Assembly: GCA_965217895.1 (NCBI GenBank) | Contig: CBDCJV010000002.1 | Span: forward strand, 3,008,001-3,072,000 | Origin: Waterburya sp. | GTDB lineage: Bacteria > Cyanobacteriota > Cyanobacteriia > Cyanobacteriales > Xenococcaceae | Direction: 5' to 3' | Length of the DNA stretch: 64,000 nucleotides | Part shown: positions 29,770-39,084 of the stretch, in pieces | Layout of the letters: each line of letters begins with the position of its first letter | How positions within the stretch are numbered: position 1 is the stretch's first letter | The notes under the pieces: model-generated | The model's input: the letters and a program-made list of their open reading frames with translations, nothing else | Databases searched by the model: none | Told to the model about the DNA's origin: nothing | Made by a program: the position numbers and the translations under genes

Positions 29770-31356
29770 GTGTCGATGGATAACAATCTCGTAGGACAAA
29801 TTATTCAGGGACGTTATTACGTCGTCAAACAACTCGGAAGAGGCGGTGTTGGAGTCACTTTTTTGGCAGAGGATCGACAGTGTTTTAATAGCCCTTGCGT
29901 AGTCAAGCAGCTAAAACCAAAATTGGCAAATGCCAAAACTCTAGAAATAGCTCGACGGCTGTTTAATCGCGAAGCAGAAATCATGAATCGCTTAGGAGAC
30001 TGCGATCGCATTCCTCGCTTGCTAGCTTATTTTGAACACAACCAGGATTTTTTTCTGGTTCAGGAGCTAGTTGAAGGACACGATCTAAGCCAGGAAATAA
30101 TTGCCGGTCAACCTTGGTCGGCAGATAAAGCGATCGCTTTGCTCAAGGATATTCTAGAAGTTTTGATGTTTGTTCAGCAAAACAACGTTGTTCACCGTGA
30201 TTTAAAGCCCTCAAATTTGATGCGTCGCGATCAAGACCAAAAAATTATCTTGATCGATTTTGGCTCAGTTAAACAAATAAGTACGCAAATTGTTAATCCA
30301 GCAGGACAAGTTAATCCTACTGTAGCAGTTGGCACTAGATCCTATATGCCAATAGAGCAAATGACTGGTCATCCTGGATTTTATAGCGATATTTATGCTG
30401 TTGGGATTATTATTATCCAAGCTTTAACAGGAGTTCATCCTCGAGATTTGAATGTTGATGAAGATAATGAAATCATCTGGCGTAATAAACTCGATCATCA
30501 GGCAAATTATCAACCACGATTTTTAGAAATTTTAGATACTATGGTGCGCCGTCGTCACCAACAAAGATATACTTCGGCGCAAGCTGTGCTGTTAGATCTA
30601 GAACAGTTAAACGCACTAACAAACAATGATAAAGCAACAAAAATTGTTGCTAATTCCACTTCATCTAATTCATCGATAAAAGTTCAGGCTGTTCCAAAAA
30701 TTGAGCGCGAAACAAAAACCATTAGCAGCCAAAGTAATAATCATCAAAATGTCCCTCTTAATTTACCTACAAGGGCTAAGTCCAAAAAATCAAAGTTTAA
30801 AATAAGTTTGGCGATCGCTAGCGTAGTGGCATTGTTAGCTGCTGTTTTAGGAGGATGGGTACTGTTCCAAAAATTTAATTCACCGCCAAAGTTTCAACTA
30901 TCTCTGTATAAAAATATTAACCAAGGTTTTCAAGTAGATTATCCTGAACCATGGCTAAAGCAGAATCGAGACGATTTTTTTGCTACAGGAGTTGTTTTTT
31001 TGGCACCTTTAGATGGCGATCGCGATAAATTTAAAGAACGAGTTAGTGTCCTGGTAGAAAACTTGTCTGGAAAAACTTCTTTAGCAGCATACACCGATGA
31101 ATCGATCGCAGAAATCAAAAAGCTTTCCGATCCCAACGTCAGCAAGGCTCAAGCAGTTAGATTAGGGGGGCGTGAAGGACGACAAGTTATCTATCATGGA
31201 GAAGAAAACGGTTACCCCGTAGATAAGATGCAGGCTTGGTTGGTAAAAGATAATCAGGCTTATATATTTACCTATACGGCTCAACCAGAAAATTACGATA
31301 GCTATTTACCTACAGTTGAGAAAATGATTGAATCTTTTGCAATTATTAGCAATTGA
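29770..31356 (+). CDS. Membrane Ser/Thr protein kinase with C-terminal PsbP-like domain
   Basis: LGRGGVG, VVKQL, HRDLKPSN, DFG; TM helix; GFQVDYPEPW...MIESF C-terminal domain. Confidence 0.9.
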   Translation: MSMDNNLVGQIIQGRYYVVKQLGRGGVGVTFLAEDRQCFNSPCVVKQLKPKLANAKTLEIARRLFNREAEIMNRLGDCDRIPRLLAYFEHNQDFFLVQELVEGHDLSQEIIAGQPWSADKAIALLKDILEVLMFVQQNNVVHRDLKPSNLMRRDQDQKIILIDFGSVKQISTQIVNPAGQVNPTVAVGTRSYMPIEQMTGHPGFYSDIYAVGIIIIQALTGVHPRDLNVDEDNEIIWRNKLDHQANYQPRFLEILDTMVRRRHQQRYTSAQAVLLDLEQLNALTNNDKATKIVANSTSSNSSIKVQAVPKIERETKTISSQSNNHQNVPLNLPTRAKSKKSKFKISLAIASVVALLAAVLGGWVLFQKFNSPPKFQLSLYKNINQGFQVDYPEPWLKQNRDDFFATGVVFLAPLDGDRDKFKERVSVLVENLSGKTSLAAYTDESIAEIKKLSDPNVSKAQAVRLGGREGRQVIYHGEENGYPVDKMQAWLVKDNQAYIFTYTAQPENYDSYLPTVEKMIESFAIISN

Positions 31357-31437
31357 CAATTTGACCTTAACTTATATTCTCGATTTTCCAGACAAGTTGA
31401 TTATTATCGTTTGATGTCTAACATTAACTGAACGCAG

Positions 31438-31554
31438 TATAGTCATTCTAATTAGTTGACGTATGGTATTTTTGTATTAACAAGTAGGTTAAATGCTACT
31501 CATTACTAATTACTTTTTCTCAAAACCAACTGGTTGCTATTTAAAATGACTACA
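31438..31554. mobile_element. MITE family A copy
   Basis: TATAGTCATT...AATGACTACA; its reverse complement aligns with 53648-53771 (TAGTCATT.TAAATAGCA.CCAG). Confidence 0.75.
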
Positions 31555-31568
31555 ATAGCTCAGTTCTG

Positions 31569-31599
31569 TTGACAATCTCCGAGATGAATATGTTACTAT
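31569..31599 (+). promoter_or_regulatory. Sigma70-type promoter of tRNA-Arg
   Basis: TTGACA at 31569-31574 and extended -10 TGtTACTAT at 31591-31599; spacer long (19 nt). Confidence 0.5.
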
Positions 31600-31613
31600 T
31601 ATTGAGCAAATCT

Positions 31614-31687
31614 GGGTCATTAGCTCAACTGGATAGAGCAACGCCCTTCTAAGGCGTAGGTTTCAGGTTCGAGTCCTGAATGGCCTG
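31614..31687 (+). tRNA. trnR: tRNA-Arg(TCT)
   Basis: Acceptor GGGTCAT/ATGGCCT, anticodon arm ACGCC-CT-TCT-AA-GGCGT, T arm TCAGG-TTCGAGT-CCTGA. Confidence 0.97.
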
Positions 31688-31688
31688 T

Positions 31689-31890
31689 ATCGCGCTATCG
31701 CTTGATACCTTTACGCTCTCTCTGAAACCTCTGCTTCAGTAAAGCGTAGTCTTGCTCAAAAGTGAACATAACAAAAAGCCGAAGGCGAATTTTTTTCTCA
31801 ACCAAAGGCTATTTTCCTCTAAAATCTTCTGCTAGGTAAGCATGGCTAAAACCTCCAGAATCCAAGGAGCGTAAAATACGATAGCGCGAT
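31689..31890. mobile_element. MITE-like element (family E) directly 3' of tRNA-Arg
   Basis: Perfect 12-bp TIR ATCGCGCTATCG/CGATAGCGCGAT plus inner TTTACGCTC/GAGCGTAAA. Confidence 0.6.
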
Positions 31891-32451
31891 CGCAAGACAT
31901 CACCTGGATTTAGTAATGTTGACCTAATTTCTCGCGATCTTGGATCTTTCATTCACTCGTGCCTAATATGTAACTTTACTAACTATTGATATTTGTGGCG
32001 ATCGCTGATTAATGCAAGCGATCGCAAACGCTTTTTTGAAAAATCTAGTTGGGGATAAACTAGGTACTAGAGAAATTAATCTATTATTATCATTGATATT
32101 TTCTAGGTAACTCCCAATTGATACTAGGGGAAAAACTCAGGTATTTTTAGGTATTTATGGTCAATATCTAAATTAATTTCCTCTGCTGTTGGCAAATGTT
32201 GTAATTTTCTTAATTAAATTTAGGGCTTGTAAAATCTTATTAGGTCAGAGTCACACGAACATCTGAAAAACGTCTTGAATCGACCTAAAACCAAAGAGAC
32301 AATAAAACCTCTTACTTTTGCACTAGATTAGGCATATATTCCTATTACTTTAGTCTCTCTTCTAGCTACTAAAGTAATAAGGATACTTAAACAGTGGAAA
32401 CAAATAACATTTCAAGGTTAAATGAAAAGATATTATCTATGATGTGATTTT

Positions 32452-33669
32452 ATGATTTCATCTATAAAATTCTTACCCAATCCATTTCGCTTTTTACTGA
32501 TTACCGAATGGGCAATGCTTGCTAGTTGCGGCTCTTTGGCAGTAGTAGAAGCTTGGCAGGGTCATACAATCCCTGTACAGCACATTTCAGTTTTATTTTT
32601 TTTGGGTTTGATGGGTCTAGCTTTGCCTAGTGGAAACCAAGTTGTTAAGGTTATCTACACGGCGATCGAAATTGGCCTGATCTTTTACGGGACAGTATTA
32701 GGCTATCTCCATATCTTGCCAACGCTATATTTGATTGTAGTTATGCGAAGCTGTTTCCTATTTAAATCCCTAGGACGCTGGCTAGTTGCTGGATTAGTGT
32801 TTATTTTGTTTCTTAGCGACCAGTACAAATACATTCTACAGGCTATGCCAGATGCGACCGCAGAACAAGTTAACTTTGGGATGCACGTTGTCGCTGAAAC
32901 CCTGGTATTTGCTTTAGGGGTCTTTTTTGTGTTGCAATTAACCAATAAAATTTTAACCGAACGTCAGATGCGACAAGAGTTGGCTCAGGCTAACGAATTA
33001 TTACAGGAATATTCTCAAAAAGTTGAGGAATTGGCAACGGTGCAAGAACGCAACCGCATTGCTCGCGATATTCACGATTCTTTGGGTCATGCTTTAACTA
33101 GCTTGAATATTCAAATGCAAACTGCCGTTAAACTTTGGGAAAAAGAACCCGTACAGGCTCATTCTTTTCTAACTCAAGCTCAACTATTAGGTAAAACGGC
33201 AATGCAGGAGGTTCGTAAATCTATCAGCACTTTAAGGGAAGATGCCAAAGAGGAACGACCTTTAGAAGCCAGGATTGAAACCTTGGTAGATGATTATCGC
33301 CAAGGAACTGGATTATCGATTTATACTAACATCAGTCGCTGTGGTTCTATCCCCAAACCAGTAGCTAAAGCAATTTATCGCCTAGTTCAAGAATCTTTAA
33401 CCAATATTTTCAAATATGCTAAAGCTACAGAGGTACGCATTCAGCTTAGAACTACTCCCGAAGAATTTAACTTAACTGTAGAAGATAATGGCAAAGGTTT
33501 CGACCCTAGGCAAAATCGTTCTGGGTTTGGAATAAGGGGTATGCAAGAGCGTGTAACAATTGTAAATGGAGAATTTAGGATCATCACCTCCCCAGGTAAA
33601 GGCTGTCGCATCGAGGTAAAAATTCCTAATGTAAAGTCCTCTCAGAAGCCTTTGCAGCTAGTAAAGTAA
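32452..33669 (+). CDS. Membrane sensor histidine kinase (HisKA_3, NarX/DesK type), no adjacent response regulator
   Basis: ERNRIARDIHDSLGH, QESLTNIFKY, DNGKGF, GFGIRGMQER. Confidence 0.93.
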   Translation: MISSIKFLPNPFRFLLITEWAMLASCGSLAVVEAWQGHTIPVQHISVLFFLGLMGLALPSGNQVVKVIYTAIEIGLIFYGTVLGYLHILPTLYLIVVMRSCFLFKSLGRWLVAGLVFILFLSDQYKYILQAMPDATAEQVNFGMHVVAETLVFALGVFFVLQLTNKILTERQMRQELAQANELLQEYSQKVEELATVQERNRIARDIHDSLGHALTSLNIQMQTAVKLWEKEPVQAHSFLTQAQLLGKTAMQEVRKSISTLREDAKEERPLEARIETLVDDYRQGTGLSIYTNISRCGSIPKPVAKAIYRLVQESLTNIFKYAKATEVRIQLRTTPEEFNLTVEDNGKGFDPRQNRSGFGIRGMQERVTIVNGEFRIITSPGKGCRIEVKIPNVKSSQKPLQLVK

Positions 33670-33731
33670 TACCAATTCTCGAAAATAATGAGAGACTTGG
33701 GACAAGATAAGCTCTTAGCTTTTAGCTTTTA
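33669..33731. repeat. Dispersed repeat, MITE family F half
   Basis: About 60 nt identical to the reverse complement of 61250-61313. Confidence 0.85.
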
Positions 33732-33780
33732 GACGGGCGGTATAAACGCTTGGAGAAACCCGAAGCGACACGCTCTACTT

Positions 33781-34356
33781 TTAGCTCTCAAGCAAAGTTT
33801 TAATTTCTATCACTTTTTGATTATATTTGTTATCTTCTATAACTGGAATTAATTGATCGCCAGCAATAGGTAAATTCAATTCAATCCAAGATTTACAGCC
33901 ACCATAGGCATTACTGTAAGGAATAGATTGGGGCTGAGGTAGACGATAAACTTTTAGTAGTAAAACTATCAAAGGTTTTTGAGGCTTCCATTTAAGGCGA
34001 TCGCCGATCATTTGCTCATTCCAGATATGATATGGTTGCAATGCCTCGATCTGCTTAATACTATCAATTGCTAAAACATCAGTTATTTCAGCACAACTTC
34101 CAATAGTTACTTGTTCTGGATGCCAACCAGACTCCACGGGGACAACTTTTGAGGCGAATTCTGGCTTAAGTAAATAAGGTTTTTGATGTTCGTAGGTAGG
34201 ATATAGCCAAACAAATGAATGCTCTACCTCAAAACCCTGTTCACGAATACCGCCTTTTCGTAGCAGGATGATAGTATCGCCTTGATTTAAAGCTTCAACG
34301 GCGATCGCCCATTCTTTTAAAGCGTGCTGAAGATGTAGAGGTTTAGCTAGCTTCAT
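33781..34356 (-). CDS. DUF1802 family protein
   Basis: ALKEW, LLRKGGI.E, LYPTYEHQ and YGGCKSW. Confidence 0.9.
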   Translation of the reverse strand: MKLAKPLHLQHALKEWAIAVEALNQGDTIILLRKGGIREQGFEVEHSFVWLYPTYEHQKPYLLKPEFASKVVPVESGWHPEQVTIGSCAEITDVLAIDSIKQIEALQPYHIWNEQMIGDRLKWKPQKPLIVLLLKVYRLPQPQSIPYSNAYGGCKSWIELNLPIAGDQLIPVIEDNKYNQKVIEIKTLLES

Positions 34357-34395
34357 AGCTAATAATAAATATTTTTAACTACTTTAAGTTTAATC

Positions 34396-34881
34396 TTAAA
34401 CCAATCTTGCTAAATCAAGAATAAAAACAGTCAGTGCAGTATCTTCGTCTTGGGGAATAACCGTAACATGACTGGCAATTTCTAAAGTATCGGCTCGTCG
34501 GTAAGCATCAGGTATAAGGCGAATATGTGCCGCGGGAACATCAATCAAACTAGGAGATTCTGCTACCATAATTCCTAATGGCTCTCCTGTAATATTTTTG
34601 CTGATAATGAAATAACCTTTTGTTTGAGAGGTCTGGAGCAAGTTAGTTCTGAACAACTTTTGGTGTAGATCGACAATAGCTATTTCTTGTTCTGCTATGT
34701 GAGCTAAATTAACATGACTCAGCCCACTACCATGAGTAGGATTATGTTTAACAACTTTTTGCACCTGCAAGATAGGCAAAGCTAAGGTCAGTTTGCCTAT
34801 GGGAAATACTAAAAGTTTAATTAATGAATTTTGATTGGCTAAGATTTTCGGGCTGTTTAAATCAATTGTCAGATTGCTCAT
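34396..34881 (-). CDS. CheW-like protein, last gene of the pix/tax1 operon
   Basis: LVFPIG.L.LALPI..V.KV, VDLH; position after cheA. Confidence 0.8.
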   Translation of the reverse strand: MSNLTIDLNSPKILANQNSLIKLLVFPIGKLTLALPILQVQKVVKHNPTHGSGLSHVNLAHIAEQEIAIVDLHQKLFRTNLLQTSQTKGYFIISKNITGEPLGIMVAESPSLIDVPAAHIRLIPDAYRRADTLEIASHVTVIPQDEDTALTVFILDLARLV

Positions 34882-34882
34882 T

Positions 34883-34960
34883 GTTAGTAGTTAGTAGTTA
34901 GTAGTTAGTAGTTAGTAGTTAGTAGTTAGTAGTTAGGGGCGAACGGTCGTTCGCCCGTAC
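34883..34960. repeat. (GTTAGTA)x7 heptamer array joined to a REP-like palindrome
   Basis: Seven perfect units at 34883-34931, then TAGGGGCGAACGGTCGTTCGCCCGTAC. Confidence 0.92.
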
Positions 34961-35007
34961 AAAAGAGACAAGGCATACCTTGTACAGTTTTGGCTTTTTA
35001 GTTACGG

Positions 35008-38000
35008 TTAGTTTTGGTTGCTATAGTGCTGAATCAGTTTGTCTATTTCTGAGAGAAATCTATCTTCGACATAGGGTTTAGTGAAGTAGTGTTTTGCTCC
35101 TAAACTGGTGGCTAATGATTGATGTTTTTCGCCACTACGAGAACTAAGCATAACGACGGAAATATCAGTTAATTGTGATTCTTCTCGGCAAGCGGTCAAA
35201 AATTCAAAGCCATTCATGTTAGGCATTTCTACATCGCAGATCACTAAATTAGTTTGTAAATTATTGCGGAGTAATTCTAAACCTTCAAGTCCATCTCTTC
35301 CCTGTAAAACTCTGTATCCTTTTCTTTCTAGGCTCAGTGCTAAAGTACGTCTTAAAGCCGAAGAGTCATCTATAACTAAAATAGTTTCTGTCTTTGTAGG
35401 GAAAATTGTAGGAGGACTTGTATATGTTTTGCCTTCGAGGATTTTTTTGATTTCGGCGACAAATTCTTGTTCTACATAAGGTTTAGTAAAATATCCGTCA
35501 GCACCTAGCTGCATCGCTAAATTGCGATGTTTTGCGCCACTACGAGAAGTCAACATAAAGGTAGGAATTTTGGATAGATCTGAATCTCGACGACGCATTC
35601 CTAAAAACTCAAAGCCGTTCATGGTCGGCATTTCGACATCACAAATAATTAAATCAAGGTCAGGGTTTTGTCTAAATCCTTCTAGTCCATCCTTACCATC
35701 TTTTTTTTGCACAACTCGATAACCTTGCTTTTCTAAAGTTAAAGCCATGGTGCGTCTTAAAGCTGTCGAGTCATCGACAATCATGATTGTTTTTAAAGAT
35801 GTAGATTTGTTAAGAACTACAGCTTGTTCAATTAAATTTTCATTAGCGGTACTAATTTCTTCAGTTACTATAGACTCCGTTGACTCTAAAAATAAATCTG
35901 CTTCTGGTATGAAAGTTGCTGTAGAGGCAACAGAGGTCATTTCTTCGCCCAAGATCATACTAATTAAAGCTGTGCCATCAAAAGCAGGAATCAGACTACC
36001 ATCACCTAAGATAGTACAGCCATAAGTATAAGCTGGTGCTGCGATCGCTTTTCCGTAAGGTTTAATCACTAACTCTTGTTCACTAAGTAAGCTAACAACT
36101 TCTAAAGCAAATAGCTGTTGTCCTCGTCGTAACAGAAGTAGTGGTGCTAACCAATCTTCTGGAGGAGCAATGGTTTTGAAAGCTTTGCTGTTAGAATTCT
36201 TATCAGGTATTGGGCAGTTGTATTGCAGCACTTCTGCAAGGGAGTAAATCGGAATTAGTTTGCTATTTAAAGAAAGAAACTTTTGCTGATTAGAAACTTT
36301 AATTTGTTGGTGAGTGGGAATGATAATTTCTTCGATGCTATCAGAAGCTATAGCAAAAGCAGTTAAACCAAGAGAGCAAACTAATAGTTTGGCGATGGTT
36401 AGAGTCAGCGGTAAACGCAGAGTAAAGGTAGAACCTTGTCCAGGTATCGAAGCAACGGCAATCTTGCCTTTCAAGGTTTCAATTTGCGATCGCACTATAT
36501 TCATGCCGACACCTCTACCAGAAAGTTCGCTGACTTTACTAGCGGTAGAAAATCCAGGTTCAAAAATTAGGTCGAACAGTCTTTCTTTAGTTGCTATTGC
36601 TGCTTCAGTCGCCGAAATCAAACCCTGCTCAATTCCCTTTTGTTTAATTTTTTCTAAATCTAAACCTTTACCATCATCCTTAACTTCAATTACAGTTTGA
36701 TTTCCCTGATAGTAAGCCTGAATTTCAATTGAGCCTCGTGCAGGCTTACCTTTTCCTGCACGAATATCAGGTTGTTCGATACCGTGATCGAAACCATTAC
36801 GCAATAAATGCAGCAAAGGATCGGCTAATTTTTCTAGTACTGCTTTGTCTACTAATACTCCAGTCCCAGTCATTTTCAGATCGACTGGCTTGTGATATTT
36901 ACTGGACAAATCTCTTATAGTGCGAGGGAAACGCTGCAATATTTGATCTAGAGGCAGCATCCTCACCCACATCAACTCATCACGCATTTGACTTAGCATT
37001 TGACGCTGGCTATTGATAGTGCGATCGCTCTGCTTGGCAAAAATAGTTATATCATCGACGCTTTCTTCTAGCTGCACTACTTCTTCAAGTACCTCTTGTA
37101 AAGAAGAATAGAGGGTACTGTAGCTGTCCATTTCTAAAGAATCAAATTCTGCTGCATAAGCTGAAAGATTTGAGGTTGATACTGGAGTTGCCCAACTGCG
37201 TAAAGTATTAGAGCGTTGTTCTAAAATTATTTGGTCGGCAATTTCTCGCAGTTTTTTAGTAACTTCTCGAAAGCGAGAAAATTTCTGTCCTAGTTCGGCT
37301 ACATTCTCCTGTAGCTGTTGGTTTTGTAGCGATAGACCATTACGATTAATAGTCAATTCACCGACTAGGTTATTCATTTTTTCCAAGCGATCTAGTTCGA
37401 CTCGAACAGATAGTTTGGGAGTAGCTTGTACCTGGGGTTTGGCAGCTTCTAATTCTGCTGGTTTTGATTCTTGAGCAGAAGTAGTTTTAGTAGGTAAAGA
37501 TAAAGAAGACGGTTGACTTTCTATAGTAGGAAGACTGGCAAATAGCTGTTCAATTGATTCAACTGCTGTTTCTATATTTTCTGCTGGAGAAAAGTTATTT
37601 TGAGCTACTAAATCCTCTGCAACTTCTTCTAAAGGTTGTTCATCAGCAATTGTGCCAAAGATATCGTCAATATCTACATTGACTGACTCGGTAATTTCCC
37701 CAACAGCTTCTTCTACAGGCTGTTCATCAGCAATTTTACCAAAGATATCACTAATACTTTCATCATCTAACTTCGTAGCCTCAGCAAATTCCTCTATCGT
37801 CGATTCATCATCAGGAATTGCACCAAAAATATCACTAATATCTGTATCGCCTGATTCTATCGGTTGAGCCAATTCTTCTACCGTTGATTCATCTTCGGGA
37901 ACAATACCAAAGATGTCGTTAATACTTTCCTCGGCTGACTCTAAACTTTCGGCAGTGACTTCTTCTACAAGTTCATCATCGGGAATCATCCCAAAAATAT

Positions 38001-38991
38001 CATTGATGGTGTCATCGGCTGAGTCGAAAGTCTCAGCGACTTCTTCTATTAGTCGATCATCGGCAAGATCGGCAAATATATTAATATCATCTGTTAAAGG
38101 ATCTAAAACTGGTTCGGATGACCATAAATTATCTGGATCTTCTGTGACCAATTCTTCAAAAGCCATTCCAGTTTCAAAATTGCTAGAAACCGATTCTTCT
38201 GAGTAAGCTTGAGCTAATTCTTTTAAAGTAGAAGAAACTTCTCCACCTTGTTCGCGATCGCCCGCTAAGACCAGATCTTTTGCTAAAGTACAGTCAGCGA
38301 CTGTTGCCTGAATTATCTCTAAAATGCGATCGCTATTTTGCCCCAAAGCTGTTTGGGACGTTTGCACAATATCGCTAAAGCCTGGCAGGTTAAACAACTC
38401 CGCAAAACCAGCAAACATATCTAGCTGTCCCTGTAATTCCTCTTCTAAATTATAATTAGCGGGATTAGCTGCAACGGTTTGTAAGTGTTCCAAAGCCTGA
38501 ACAACATCCACTTCAAAAATCGAAGAGACAATATCTACTCCTAGATCGCTAGAACTGGGCATATAATTATCAGCATTTTTCAGAGCATCTGCCAAACGGA
38601 TTTCTAAAGCAGTAAATACTGGTTCAGCCTTTAGTAATGCTGCTTCTTCGTCAAAAGTTCCTGTCTCAATTTGTTCGGTGAGGGGATTACGCAGACAATC
38701 ATATCCCTGTAACAGTAGACTTTCTAATTCTCCATCAAAATCAACGCGATCGCTATAAAGAGCCTTGAAAAAATCCTCTAATCGATGAGCCAATAATTCA
38801 ATCGCCCCTAACTCAACACTGGCTGCACCACCTTTGATGGAGTGAGCAGCCCGCATCAACTCATGAACTTTTGGGGTACTATGGTTCTCGCGGAGGTCAA
38901 GTAGACCTGTTTCTAGTACTTGTAATAGTTCTTGAGCTTCTTCGATGAAAAATTGATATGCTTGGTCGCGAATATCGGGGTTGAGTGACAT
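35008..38991 (-). CDS. pixL: Hybrid CheA-like kinase (PixL type): HPt, acidic repeat linker, HATPase, CheW and two REC domains
   Basis: LMRAAHSIKGGA HPt, HLLRNGFDHGIE, SGRGVGM; two C-terminal receivers (IVDDS...CDVEMP...TKPY, twice). Confidence 0.9.
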   Translation of the reverse strand: MSLNPDIRDQAYQFFIEEAQELLQVLETGLLDLRENHSTPKVHELMRAAHSIKGGAASVELGAIELLAHRLEDFFKALYSDRVDFDGELESLLLQGYDCLRNPLTEQIETGTFDEEAALLKAEPVFTALEIRLADALKNADNYMPSSSDLGVDIVSSIFEVDVVQALEHLQTVAANPANYNLEEELQGQLDMFAGFAELFNLPGFSDIVQTSQTALGQNSDRILEIIQATVADCTLAKDLVLAGDREQGGEVSSTLKELAQAYSEESVSSNFETGMAFEELVTEDPDNLWSSEPVLDPLTDDINIFADLADDRLIEEVAETFDSADDTINDIFGMIPDDELVEEVTAESLESAEESINDIFGIVPEDESTVEELAQPIESGDTDISDIFGAIPDDESTIEEFAEATKLDDESISDIFGKIADEQPVEEAVGEITESVNVDIDDIFGTIADEQPLEEVAEDLVAQNNFSPAENIETAVESIEQLFASLPTIESQPSSLSLPTKTTSAQESKPAELEAAKPQVQATPKLSVRVELDRLEKMNNLVGELTINRNGLSLQNQQLQENVAELGQKFSRFREVTKKLREIADQIILEQRSNTLRSWATPVSTSNLSAYAAEFDSLEMDSYSTLYSSLQEVLEEVVQLEESVDDITIFAKQSDRTINSQRQMLSQMRDELMWVRMLPLDQILQRFPRTIRDLSSKYHKPVDLKMTGTGVLVDKAVLEKLADPLLHLLRNGFDHGIEQPDIRAGKGKPARGSIEIQAYYQGNQTVIEVKDDGKGLDLEKIKQKGIEQGLISATEAAIATKERLFDLIFEPGFSTASKVSELSGRGVGMNIVRSQIETLKGKIAVASIPGQGSTFTLRLPLTLTIAKLLVCSLGLTAFAIASDSIEEIIIPTHQQIKVSNQQKFLSLNSKLIPIYSLAEVLQYNCPIPDKNSNSKAFKTIAPPEDWLAPLLLLRRGQQLFALEVVSLLSEQELVIKPYGKAIAAPAYTYGCTILGDGSLIPAFDGTALISMILGEEMTSVASTATFIPEADLFLESTESIVTEEISTANENLIEQAVVLNKSTSLKTIMIVDDSTALRRTMALTLEKQGYRVVQKKDGKDGLEGFRQNPDLDLIICDVEMPTMNGFEFLGMRRRDSDLSKIPTFMLTSRSGAKHRNLAMQLGADGYFTKPYVEQEFVAEIKKILEGKTYTSPPTIFPTKTETILVIDDSSALRRTLALSLERKGYRVLQGRDGLEGLELLRNNLQTNLVICDVEMPNMNGFEFLTACREESQLTDISVVMLSSRSGEKHQSLATSLGAKHYFTKPYVEDRFLSEIDKLIQHYSNQN

Positions 38992-39084
38992 GATACTGAA
39001 TCTTCAAGTAGGTACTTTTCTTTAACTACAAACGACTAACCATAAACTACAAACTTTTATGCAATTTATTAAAAGGGAGAAAAC

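Noticed and set aside
31614..32450. tRNA-anchored genomic island or prophage
   Set aside because: No integrase, no duplicated tRNA 3' end and no phage genes in the window.
35216..38206. Several plus-strand ORFs inside cheA (and similar ORFs inside gyrA, secA, hemC, pit, crtD)
   Set aside because: Antisense or out-of-frame shadows of well-supported genes.
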